Shown here: in pieces, positions 1 through 13,500 of the stretch
How the letters are laid out: each line of letters starts with the position of its first letter
Numbering within the stretch: the stretch's first letter is position 1
DNA from: Eledone cirrhosa
Lineage: Eukaryota
Direction: 5' to 3'
Assembly (NCBI GenBank): GCA_964016885.1
Contig: OZ024740.1
Coordinates: forward strand, 399,590,001-399,654,000
Length of the DNA: 64,000 bases
Notes under the pieces: model-generated
The model's input: only the letters and a program-made list of their open reading frames with translations
The model's database searches: none
Told to the model about the DNA's origin: nothing
Translations under genes and position numbers: made by a program

Positions 1-247
1 TAAATGACCACTTTACACTGTGGGCTGGGTGCTTTTTGTTGTGACTCCTAAATGACCACTTTACGGTGGGATGGGTGCTTTTTGTTGTGACTCCTACACG
101 ACCAATTTACAGGGTGGGCTGGGTGCTTTTTGTTTTGACTCCTACATGACCACTTTACAGTGGGATGGGTGCTTTTTGATGAGACTCCTACACGACCACT
201 TTACAGTGTGGGCTGGGTGCTTTTTTTTGTGACTCCTACACGACTAC

Positions 248-2625
248 TTTACAGTGTGGGATGGGTGCTTTTTGTTGTGACTCCTACACGACCACTTTAC
301 ACTCTGGGCTGGGTGCTTTTTGTTGGGACTCCTACACGACCACTTTACACTCTGGGCTGGGTGCTTTTTGTTGTGACTCCTACACGACCACTTTACACTC
401 TGGGCTGGGTGCTTTTTGTTATGACTTCTACACGACCACTTTACACTGTGGGCTCGGTGCTTTTTGTTGTGACTCCTACACAACCACTTTACAGTGTGGG
501 CTGCATGCTTTTTGTTGTGAATCCTACACGACCACTTTACACTCTGGGCTGGGTGCTTTTTGTTATGACTTCTATAAGACCACTTTACACTGTGGGCTGG
601 GTGCTTTTTGTTGTGACTCCTACACAACCACTTTACACTGTGGGCTGGGTGCTTTTTGTTATGATTTCTACACGACCACTTTACAGTGTGGGCTGGGTGC
701 TTTTTGTTGTGACTCCTACATGACCACTTTACAGTGTGGGATGGGTACTTTTTGTTGTGACTCCTACACGACCACTTTACAGTGTGGGCTGGGTCCTTTT
801 TGTTGCGACTCCTACACGACCACTTTACACTCTGGGCTGGGTGCTTTTTGTTGGGACTCCTACACGACCACTTTACACTCTGGGCTGGGTGCTTTTTGTT
901 GGGACTCCTACACGACCACTTTACACTCTGGGCTAGGTGCTTTTTGTTGTGACTCCTACACGACCACTTTACACTGTGGGCTGGGTACTTTTTGTGATGA
1001 CTTCTACACGACCACTTTACAGTGTGGGCTGGGTGCTTTTTGTCGGGACTCCTACACGACCACTTTACAGTGTGGGCTGGGTGCTTTTTGTTTTGACTCC
1101 TACATGACCACTTTACAGTGGGATGGGTGCTTTTTGTTGTGACTCCTACATGACCACTTTACACTGTGGGCTGGGTGCTTTTTGTTGTGACTCCTACATG
1201 ACCACTTTACAGTGTGGGCTGGGTGCTTTTTGTTGTGACTCCTACACGACCACTTTACACTCTGGGCTGGGTGCTTTTTGTTGTGACTCCTAGACGACCA
1301 CTTTACACTGTGGGCTGGGTGCTTTTTGTTATGACTTCTACACGACCACATAACACTGTGTGCTCGGTGCTTTTTATTGTGACTCCTACACGACTAATTT
1401 ACAGTGTGGGATGGGTGCTTTTTGTTGTGACTCCTACACGACCACTTTACACTCTGGGCTGGGTGCTTTTTGTTGGGACTCCTACACGACCACTTTACAC
1501 TCTGGGCTGGGTGCTTTTTGTTGTGACTCCTACACGACCACTTTACACTCTGGGCTGGGTGCTTTTTGTTATGACTTCTACACGACCACTTTACACTGTG
1601 GGCTCGGTGCTTTTTGTTGTGACTCCTACACAACCACTTTACAGTGTGGGCTGCATGCTTTTTGTTGTGAATCCTACACGACCACTTTACACTCTGGGCT
1701 GGGTGCTTTTTGTTATGACTTCTATAAGACCACTTTACACTGTGAGCTGGGTGCTTTTTGTTGTGACTCCTACACAACCACTTTACACTGTGGGCTGGGT
1801 GCTTTTTGTTATGATTTCTACACGACCACTTTACAGTGTGGGCTGGGTGCTTTTTGTTGTGACTCCTACATGACCACTTTACAGTGTGGGATGGGTACTT
1901 TTTGTTGTGACTCCTACACGACCACTTTACAGTGTGGGCTGGGTCCTTTTTGTTGCGACTCCTACACGACCACTTTACACTCTGGGCTGGGTGCTTTTTG
2001 TTGGGACTCCTACACGACCACTTTACACTCTGGGCTGGGTGCTTTTTGTTGGGACTCCTACACGACCACTTTACACTCTGGGCTAGGTGCTTTTTGTTGT
2101 GACTCCTACACGACCACTTTACACTGTGGGCTGGGTACTTTTTGTGATGACTTCTACACGACCACTTTACAGTGTGGGCTGGGTGCTTTTTGTCGGGACT
2201 CCTACACGACCACTTTACAGTGTGGGCTGGGTGCTTTTTGTTTTGACTCCTACATGACCACTTTACAGTGGGATGGGTGCTTTTTGTTGTGACTCCTACA
2301 TGACCACTTTACACTGTGGGCTGGGTGCTTTTTGTTGTGACTCCTACATGACCACTTTACAGTGTGGGCTGGGTGCTTTTTGTTGTGACTCCTACACGAC
2401 CACTTTACACTCTGGGCTGGGTGCTTTTTGTTGTGACTCCTAGACGACCACTTTACACTGTGGGCTGGGTGCTTTTTGTTATGACTTCTACACGACCACA
2501 TAACACTGTGTGCTCGGTGCTTTTTATTGTGACTCCTACACGACTAATTTACAGTGTGGGATGGGTGCTTTTTGTTGTGACTCCTACACGACCACTTTAC
2601 ACTCTGGGCTGGGTGCTTTTTGTTG
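248..2625. repeat. 1,150-bp (24-monomer) higher-order tandem duplication, 2 copies
   Basis: ORF pairs sit at a constant offset of 1,150 (244/1394, 736/1886, 1100/2250, 1214/2364). Rare variants are shared (CTGCATGC, GGTCCTTT, TAGACGAC, CCACATAACAC). One difference is visible, G595 vs A1745. Confidence 0.9.
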
Positions 2626-4584
2626 TGACTCCTAAATGAGCACTTTACACTGTGGGCTGGGTGCTTTTTGTTGTGACTCCTAAATGACCACTTTACGGTG
2701 GGATGGGTGCTTTTTGTTGTGACTCCTACACGACCAATTTACAGGGTGGGCTGGGTGCTTTTTGTTTTGACTCCTACATGACCACTTTACAGTGTGGGCT
2801 GGGTGCTTTTTGTTGGGACTCCTACACGACCACTTTACACTCTGGGTTGGGTGCTTTTTGTTGGGACTCCTACACGACCACTTTACACTGTGGGCTGGGT
2901 GCTTTCTGTTGGGACTCCTACACGACCACTTTACACTCTGGGCTGGGTGCTTTTTGTTGGGACTCCTACACGACCACTTTACACTCTGGGCTGGGTGCTT
3001 TTTGTTGACTTCTACATGACCACTTTACAGTGAGGGCTGGGTGCTTTTAGTTGTGACTCCTACACAACCACTTTACAGTGTGGGCTGGGTGCTTTTTGTT
3101 GTGACGCCTAAATGACCACTTTACAGTGGGATGGGTGCTTTTTGTTGTGGCTCCTACACGACCACTTTACAGTGTGGGCTGGGTGCTTTTTGTTGTGACT
3201 CCTAAATGACCACTTTACAGTGGGATGGGTGCTTTTTGTTGTGACTCCTACACGACCAACTTACAGTGTGGGCTGGGTGCTTTTTGTTTTCACTCCAACA
3301 TGACCACTTTACAGTGGGATGGGTGCTTTTTGTTGCGACTCCTACACGACCACTTTACAGTGTGGGCTGGGTGCTTTTTTTTGTGACTCCTACACGACTA
3401 CTTTACAGTGTGGGATGGGTGCTTTTTGTTGTGACTCCTACACGACCACTTTACACTCTGGGCTGGGTGCTTTTTGTTGGGACTCCTACACGACCACTTT
3501 ACACTCTGGGCTGGGTGCTTTTTGTTGTGACTCCTACACGACCACTTTACACCATGGGCTGGGTGCTTTTTGTCATGACTTCTATACGACCACTTTACAG
3601 TGTGGGATGGGTGCTTTTTGTTGTGACTCCTAAATGACCACTTTACACTGTGGGCTGGGTGCTTTTTGTTGTGACTCCTACACGACCACTTTACACTGTG
3701 GGCTGGGTGCTTTTTGTTATGACTTCTACACAACCACTTTACACTGTGGGCTCGGTGCTTTTTATTGTGACTCCTACACGACTACTCTACAGTGTGGGAT
3801 GGGTGCTTTTTGTTGTGACTCCTACACGACCCCTTTACACTGTGGGCTGGGTGCTTGTTGTTGTGACTCCTACACGACCACTTTACACTCTGGGCTGGGT
3901 GCTTTTTGTTGGGACTCCTACACTACCACTTTACACTCTGGGCTGGGTGCTTTTTGTTGGGACTCCTACACGACCACTTTACACTGTGGGATGGGTGCTT
4001 TTTGTTGTGACTCCTACACGACCACTTTACACTCTGGGCTGGGTGCTTTTTATTGTGACTCCTACACGACTACTTTACAGTGTGGGATGGGTGCTTTTTG
4101 TTGTGACTCCTACACGACCCCTTTACACTGTGGGCTGGGTGCTTTTTGTTGGGACTCCTACACGACCACTTTACACTCTGGGCTGGGTGCTTTTTGTTGG
4201 GACTCCTACACGACCACTTTACACTCTGGGCTGGGTGCTTTTTGTTGTGACTCCTACACGACTACTTTACAGTGTGGGATGGGTGCTTTTTGTTGTGACT
4301 CCTACACGACCCCTTTACACTGTGGGCTGGGTGCTTTTTGTTGGGACTCCTACACGACCACTTTACACTCTGGGCTGGGTGCTTTTTGTTGGGACTCCTA
4401 CACGACCACTTTACACTCTGGGCTGGGTGCTTTTTGTTGTGACTCCTACACGACTACTTTACAGTGTGGGATGGGTGCTTTTTGTTGTGACTCCTACACG
4501 ACCCCTTTACACTGTGGGCTGGGTGCTTTTTGTTGTGACTCCTACACGACCACTTTACACTCTGGGCTGGGTGCTTTTTGTTGG

Positions 4585-7500
4585 GACTCCTACACGACCA
4601 CTTTACACTGTGGGATGGGTGCTTTTTGTTGTGACTCCTACACGACCACTTTACACTCTGGGCTGGGTGCTTTTTGTTGGGACTCCTACACGACCCCTTT
4701 ACACTGTGGGCTGGGTGCTTTTTGTTGTGACTCCTACACGACCACTTTACACTCTGGGCTGGGTGCTTTTTGTTGGGACTCCTACACGACCACTTTACAC
4801 TGTGGGATGGGTGCTTTTTGTTGTGACTCCTACACGACCACTTTACACTCTGGGCTGGGTGCTTTTTGTTGTGACTCCTACACGACCCCTTTACACTGTG
4901 GGCTGGGTGCTTTTTGTTGTGACTCCTACACGACCACTTTACACTCTGGGCTGGGTGCTTTTTGTTGTGACTCCTACACGACCCCTTTACACTGTGGGCT
5001 GGGTGCTTTTTGTTGTGACTCCTACACGACCACTTTACACTCTGGGCTGGGCGCTTTTTGTTGTGACTCCTACACGACCCCTTTACACTGTGGGCTGGGT
5101 GCTTTTTGTTGGGACTCCTACACGACCACTTTACACTCTGGGCTGGGTGCTTTTTGTTGGGACTCCTACACGACCACTTTACACTCTGGGCTGGGTGCTT
5201 TTTGTTGTGACTCCTACACGACTACTTTACAGTGTGGGATGGGTGCTTTTTGTTGTGACTCCTACACGACCACTTTACACTGTGGGCTGGGTGCTTTTTG
5301 TTGGGACTCCTACACGACCACTTTACACTGTGGGATGGGTGCTTTTTGTTGTGACTCCTACACGACCACTTTACACTCTGGGCTGGGTGCTTTTTGTTGT
5401 GACTCCTACACGACCCCTTTACACTGTGGGCTGGGTGCTTTTTGTTGTGACTCCTACACGACCACTTTACACTCTGGGCTGGGTGCTTTTTGTTGGGACT
5501 CCTACACGACCACTTTACACTGTGGGATGGGTGCTTTTTGTTGTGACTCCTACACGACCACTTTACACTCTGGGCTGGGTGCTTTTTGTTGTGACTCCTA
5601 CACGACCCCTTTACACTGTGGGCTGGGTGCTTTTTGTTGTGACTCCTACACGACCACTTTACACTCTGGGCTGGGTGCTTTTTGTTGGGACTCCTACACA
5701 ACCCCTTTACACTGTGGGCTGGGTGCTTTTTGTTGTGACTCCTACACGACCACTTTACACTCTGGGCTGGGTGCTTTTTGTTGTGACTCCTACACGACCC
5801 CTTTACACTGTGGGCTGGGTGCTTTTTGTTGGGACTCCTACACGACCACTTTACACTCTGGGCTGGGTGCTTTTTGTTGGGACTCCTACACGACCACTTT
5901 ACACTGTGGGCTGGGTGCTTTTTGTTGTGACTCCTACACGACCACTTTACAGTGTGGGCTGGGTGCTTTTTCTTATGACTTCTACACGACCACTTTACAG
6001 TGTGGGCTCGGTGCTTTTTGTTGTGACTCCTACACGACCACTTTACACCCTGGGTTGGGTGCTTTTTGTTGGGACTCCTACACGACCACTTTACACTGTG
6101 GGCTGGGTGCTTTTTGTTGGGACTCCTACACGACCACTTTACACTCTGGGCTGGGTGCTTTTTGTTATGACTTCTACATGACCACTTTACAGTGTGGGCT
6201 GGGTGCTTTTTGTTGTGACTCCTACACGACCACTTTACACTGTGGGCTGGGTGCTTTTTGTTATGACTTCTACATGACCACTTTACAGTGTGGGCTGGGT
6301 GCTTTTTGTTGTGACTCCTACACGACCACTTTACAGTGTGGGCTGGGTGCTTTTTTTTTTGACTTCTATAAGACTACTTTACAGTGTGGGATGGGTGCTT
6401 TTTGTTGTGACTCCTACACGACCACTTTACACTCTGGGCTGGGTGCTTTTTGTTATGACTTCTACATGACCACTTTACAGTGTGGACTGGGTGCTTTTTG
6501 TTGTGAGTCCTACACGACAACTTTACAGTGTGGGTTGGGTGCTTTTTTTTGTGACTCCTACACGACTACTTTACAGTGTGGGATGGGTGCTTTTTGTTGT
6601 GACTCCTACACGACCACTTTACACTCTGGGCTGCGTGCTTTTTGTTGGGACTGCTACACGACCACTTTACACTCTGGGCTGGGTGCTTTTTGTTATGACT
6701 TCTATACGACCACTTTACAGTGTGGGATGGGTGCTTTTTGTTGTGACTCCTAAATGACCACTTTACACTGTGGGCTGGGTGCTTTTTGTTGTGACTCCTA
6801 CACGACCAATTTACAGGGTGGGTTGGGTGCTTTTTGTTTTGACTCCTACATGACCACTTTACAGTGGGATGGGTGCTTTTTGATGAGACTCCTACACGAC
6901 CACTTTACGGTGTGGGCTGGGTGATTTTTTTTGTGACTCCTACACGACTACTTTACAGTGTGGGATGGGTGCTTTTTGTTGTGACTCCTACACGACCACT
7001 TTACACTCTGGGCTGGGTGCTTTTTGTTGGGACTCCTACACGACCACTTTACACTCTGGGCTGGGTGCTTTTTGTTGGGACTCCTACACGACCACTTTAC
7101 ACCCTGGGTTGGGTGCTTTTTGTTGGGACTCCTACACGACCACTTTACACTGTGGGCTGGGTGCTTTCTGTTGGGACTCCTACACGACCACTTTACACTC
7201 TGGGCTGGGTGCTTTTTGTTGTGACTCCTACACGACCACTTTACACTGTGGGCTGGGTGCTTTTTGTTGGGACTCCTACACGACCACTTTACACTCTGGG
7301 CTGGGTGCTTTTTTTTTTGACTCCTACACGACTACTTTACAGTGTGGGATGGGTGCTTTTTTTTGTGACTCCTACACGACCACTTTACACTCTGGGCTGG
7401 GTGCTTTTTGTTATGACCTCTACATGACCACTTTACAGTGTGGACTGGGTGCTTTTTGTTGTGAGTCCTACACGACCACTTTACAGTGTGGGCTGGGTGC

Positions 7501-10500
7501 TTTTTTTTGTGACTCCTACACGACTACTTTACAGTGTGGGATGGGTGCTTTTTGTTGTGACTCCTACACGACCACTTTACACTCTGGGCTGCGTGCTTTT
7601 TGTTGGGACTGCTACACGACCACTTTACACTCTGGGCTGGGTGCTTTTTGTTATGACTTCTATACGACCACTTTACAGTGTGGGATGGGTGCTTTTTGTT
7701 GTGACTCCTAAATGACCACTTTACACTGTGGGCTGGGTGCTTTTTGTTGTGACTCCTAAATGACCACTTTACGGTGGGATGGGTGCTTTTTGTTGTGACT
7801 CCTACACGACCAATTTACAGGGTGGGTTGGGTGCTTTTTGTTTTGACTCCTACATAACCACTTTACAGTGGGATGGGTGCTTTTTGATGAGACTCCTACA
7901 CGACCACTTTACAGTGTGGGCTGGGTGCTTTTTTTTGTGACTCCTACACGACTACTTTACAGTGTGGGATGGGTGCTTTTTGTTGTGACTCCTACACGAC
8001 CACTTTACACTCTGGGCTGGGTGCTTTTTGTTGGGACTCCTACACGACCACTTTACACTCTGGGCTGGGTGCTTTTTGTTGTGACTCCTACACGACCACT
8101 TTACACTCTGGGCTGGGTGCTTTTTGTTGTGACTCCTACACGACCACTTTACACCGTGGGCTGGGTGCTTTTTGTTATGACTTCTACACGACCACTTTAC
8201 ACTGTGGGCTCGGTGCTTTTTGTTGTGACTCCTACACAACCACTTTACAGTGTGGGCTGGGTGCTTTTTGTTGTGAATCCTACACGACCACTTTACACTC
8301 TGGGCTGGGTGCTTTTTGTTATGACTTCTATAAGACCACTTTACAGTGTGGGATGGGTGCTTTTTGTTGTGACTCCTAAATGACCACTTTACACTGTGGG
8401 CTGGGTGCTTTTTGTTATGATTTCTACACGACCACTTTACACTGTGGGCTGGGTGCTTTTTGTTGTGACTCCTACATGACCACTTTACAGTGTGGGATGG
8501 GTACTTTTTGTTGTGACTCCTACACGACCACTTTACAGTGGGCTGGGTGCTTTTTGTTGTGACTCCTACACGACCACTTTACACTCTGGGCTGGGTGCTT
8601 TTTGTTGGGACTCCTACACGACCACTTTACACTCTGGGCTGGGTGCTTTTTGTTGGGACTCCTACACGAACACTTTACACTGTCGGCTGGGTGCTTTTTG
8701 TTGGGACTCCTACACGACCACTTTACACTCTGGGCTGGGTGCTTTTTGTTGGGACTCCTACACGACCACTTTACACTCTGGGCTGGGTGCTTTTTGTTGA
8801 CTTCTACATGACCACTTTACAGTGAGGGCTGGGTGCTTTTAGTTGTGACTCCTACACAACCACTTTACAGTGTGGGCTGGGTGTTTTTTGTTGTGACTCC
8901 TAAATGACCACTTTACAGTGGGATGGGTGCTTTTTGTTGTGGCTCCTACACGACCACTTTACACTCTGGGCTGGGTGCTTTTTGTTGTGACTCCTACACA
9001 ACGACTTTACAGTGTGGGCTGGGTGCTTTTTGTTGTGACTCCTAAATGACCACTTTACAGTGGGATGGGTGCTTTTTGTTGTGACTCCTACACGACCAAC
9101 TTACAGTGTGGGCTGGGTGCTTTTTGTTTTCACTCCAACATGACCACTTTACAGTGGGATGGGTGATTTTGTTGCGACTCCTACACGACCACTTTACATT
9201 GTGGGCTGGGTGCTTTTTTTTGTGACTCCTACACGACTACTTTACAGTGTGGGATGGGTGCTTTTTGTTGTGACTCCTACACGACCACTTTACACTGTGG
9301 GCTGGGTGCTTTTTGTTGGGACTCCTACACGACCACTTTACACTCTGGGCTGGGTGCTTTTTGTTGTGACTCCTACACGACCACTTTACACTCTGGGCTG
9401 CGTGCTTTTTGTTGGGACTCCTACACGACCACTTTACACTGTGGGCTGGGTGCTTTTTGTTATGACTTCTACACGACCACTTTACAGTGTGGGCTCGGTG
9501 CTTTTTGTTGTGACTCCTACACGACCACTTTACACTCTGGGCTGGGTGCTTATTGTTGTGACTCCTACACAACCACTTTACAGTGTGGGCTGGGTGCTTT
9601 TTGTTGTGACTCCTAAATGACCACTTTACAGTGGGATGGGTGCTTTTTGTTGTGACTCCTACACGACCACTTTACACTGTGGGCTGGGTGCTTTTTGTTA
9701 TGACTTCTACACGACCACTCTACAGTGTGGGCTCGGTGCTTTTTGTTGTGACTCCTACACGACCACTTTACACTCTGGGCTGGGTGCTTATTGTTGTGAC
9801 TCCTACACAACCACTTTCCAGTGTGGGCTGGGTGCTTTTGTTGTGACTCCTAAATGACCACTTTACAGTGGGATGGGTGCTTTTTGTTGTGACTCCTACA
9901 TGACCATTTTACAGTGTGGGCTGGGTGCTTTTTGTTTTGACTCCTACATGACCACTTTACAGTGGGATGGGTGCTTTTTGTTGCGACTCCTAAATGACCA
10001 CTTTACAGTGGGATGGGTGCTTTTTGTTGTGACTCCTACACGACCACTTTACACTCTGGGCTGGGTGCTTTTTGTTATGACTTCTACACGACCACTTTAC
10101 AGTGTGGGCTCGGTGCTTTTTGTTGTGACTCCTACACGACCACTTTACACTCTGGGCTGGGTGCTTATTGTTGTGACTCCTACACAACCACTTTCCAGTG
10201 TGGGCTGGGTGCTTTTTGTTGTGACTCCTACATGACCACTTTACAGTGGGATGGGTGCTTTTTGTTGCGACTCCTACACGACCACTTTACAGTGTGGGCT
10301 GGGTGCTTTTTTTTGTGACTCCTACACGACTACTTTACACTCTGGGCTGGGTGCTTTTTGTTGTGAATCCTACACGACCACTTTACACCGTGGGCTGGGT
10401 GCTTTTTGTTATGACTTCTACACGACCACTTTACACTGTGGGCTCGGTGCTTTTTGTTGTGACTCCTACACAACCACTTTACAGTGTGGGCTGCGTGCTT

Positions 10501-13500
10501 TTTGTTGTGAATCCTATACGACCACTTTACACTCTGGGCTGGGTGCTTTTTGTTATGACTTCTATAAGACCACTTTACAGTGTGGGATGGGTGCTTTTTG
10601 TTGTGACTCCTACATGACCACTTTACAGTGTGGGCTGGGTGCTTTTTGTTGTGACTCCTACACAACCACTTTACACTGTGGGCTGGGTGCTTTTTGTTAT
10701 GATTTCTACATGACCACTTTACAGTGTGGGCTGGGTGCTTTTTGTTGTGACTCCTACATGACCACTTTACAGTGTGGGATGGGTACTTTTTGTTGTGACT
10801 CCTACACCACCATTCTACAGTGTGGGCTGGGTGCTTTTTGTTGTGACTCCTACACGACCACTTTACACTCTGGGCTGGGTGCTTTTTGTTGGGACTCCTA
10901 CACGACCACTTTACACTCTGGGCTGGGTGCTTTTTGTTGTGACTCCTACACAACCACTTTACAGTGTGGGCTGGGTGCTTTTTGTTGTGACTCCTAAATG
11001 ACCACTTTACAGTGGGATGGGTGCTTTTTGTTGTGACTCCTACACGACCACTTTACACTGTGGGCTGGGTACTTTTTGTGATGACTTCTACACGACCATT
11101 TTACAGTGTGGGCTGGGTGCTTTTTGTTTTGACTCCTACATGACCACTTTACAGTGGGATGGGTGCTTTTTGTTGGGACTCCTACACGACCACTTTACAC
11201 TCTGGGCTGGGTGCTTTTTGTTGGGACTCCTACACGACCACTTTACACTCTGGGCTGGGTGCTTTTTGTTGGGACTCCTACACTACCACTTTACACTCTG
11301 GGCTGGGTGCTTTTTGTTGGGACTCCTACACGACCACTTTACACTCTGGGCTGGGTGCTTTTTGTTATGACTTCTACATGACCACTTTACAGTGTGGACT
11401 GGGTGCTTTTTGTTGTGACTCCTACACGACTACTTTACAGTGTGGGATGGGTGCTTTTTGTTGTGACTCCTGCACGACCACTTTACACTCTGGGCTGCGT
11501 GCTTTTTGTTGGGACTCCTACACGACCACTTTACACTGTGGGCTGGGTGATTTTTGTTATGACTTCTACACGACCACTTTACACTCTGGGCTGGGTGCTT
11601 ATTGTTGTGACTCCTACACAACCACTTTACAGTGTGGGCTGGGTGCTTTTTGTTGTGACTCCTAAATGACCACTTTACAGTGGGATGGGTGCTTTTTGTT
11701 GTGACTCCTACACGACCATTTTACAGTGTGGGCTGGGTGCTTTTTGTTTTGACTCCTACATGACCACTTTACAGTGGGATGGGTACTTTTTGTTGCGACT
11801 CCTACACGACCACTTTACAGTGTGGGCTGGGTGCTTTTTTTTGTGACTCCTACACGACTACTTTACACTCTGGGCTGGGTGCTTTTTGTTGTGACTCCTA
11901 CATGACCACTTTACACCGTGGGCTAGGTGCTTTTTGTTATGACTTCTACACGACCACTTTACACTGTGGGCTCGGTGCTTTTTGTTGTGACTCCTACACA
12001 ACCACTTTACAGTGTGGGCTGCGTGCTTCTTGCTGTGAATCCTACACGACCACTTTACACTCTGGGCTGGGTGCTTTTTGTTATGACTTCTATACGACCA
12101 CTTTACAGTGTGGGATGGGTGCTTTTTGTTGTGACTCCTACACGACCACTTTACACTGTGGGCTGGGTGCTTTTTGTTGTGACTCCTACACGACCACTTT
12201 ACACTGTGGGCTGGGTGCTTTTTGTTATGACTTCTATACGACCACTTTACACTGTGGCCTCGGTGCTTTTTATTGTGACTCCTACACGACTACTTTACAG
12301 TGTGGGATGGGTGCTTTTTGTTGTGACTCCTACACGACCACTTTACACTCTGGGCTGGGTGCTTTTTGTTGTGACTCCTACACGACCACTTTACACTCTG
12401 GGCTGGGTGCTTTTTGTTGGGACTCCTACACGATCACTTTACACTGTGGGATGGGTGCTTTTTGTTGTGACTCCTACACGACCACTTTACACTCTGGGTT
12501 GGGTGCTTTTTGTTGGGACTCCTACACGACCACTTTACACTGTGGGCTGGGTGCTTTTTGTTGGGACTCCTACACGACCAATTTACACTCTGGGTTGGGT
12601 GCTTTTTGTTGGGACTCCTACACGACCACTTTACACTCTGGGCTGGGTGCTTTTTGTTGGGACTCCTACACGACCACTTTACACTGTGGGCTGGGTGCTT
12701 TCTGTTGGGACTCCTACACGACCACTTTACACTGTGGGCTGGGTGCTTTTTGTTGGGACTCCTACACGACCACTTTACACTCTGGGCTCGGTGCCTTTTG
12801 TTGTGACTCCTACACGACCACTTTACACTCTGGGCTGGGTACTTTTTGTTGTGACTCCTACACGACCACTTTACACCGTGGGCTGGGTGCTTTTTGTTAT
12901 GACTTCTACACGACCACTTTACAGTGTGGGCTCGGTGCTTTTTGTTGGGACTCCTACACGACCACTTTACACTCTGGGCTGGGTGCTTTTTGTTATGACT
13001 TCTACACGACCACTTTACACTCTGGGCTGGGTGCTTTTTGTTATGACTTCTACACGACCACTTTACACTGTGGGCTGGGTGCTTTTTGTTATGACTTCTA
13101 CACGACCACTTTACACTGTGGGCTCGGTGCTTTTTGTTATGACTTCTACACGACCACTTTACAGTGTGGGCTCGGTGCTTTTTGTTGGGACTCCTACACG
13201 ACCACTTTACACTCTGGGCTGGGTGCTTTTTGTTGTGACTCCTACACGACCACTTTACACTGTGGGCTGGGTGCTTTTTGTTGGGACTCCTACACGACCA
13301 CTTTACACTGTGGGCTGGGTGCTTTTTGTTGTGACTCCTACACGACCACTTTACACTGTGGGATGGGTGCTTTTTGTTGTGACTCCTACACGACCACTTT
13401 ACACTCTGGGCTGGGTGCTTTTTGTTGGGACTCCTACACGACCCCTTTACACTGTGGGCTGGGTGCTTTTTGTTGTGACTCCTACACGACCACTTTACAC

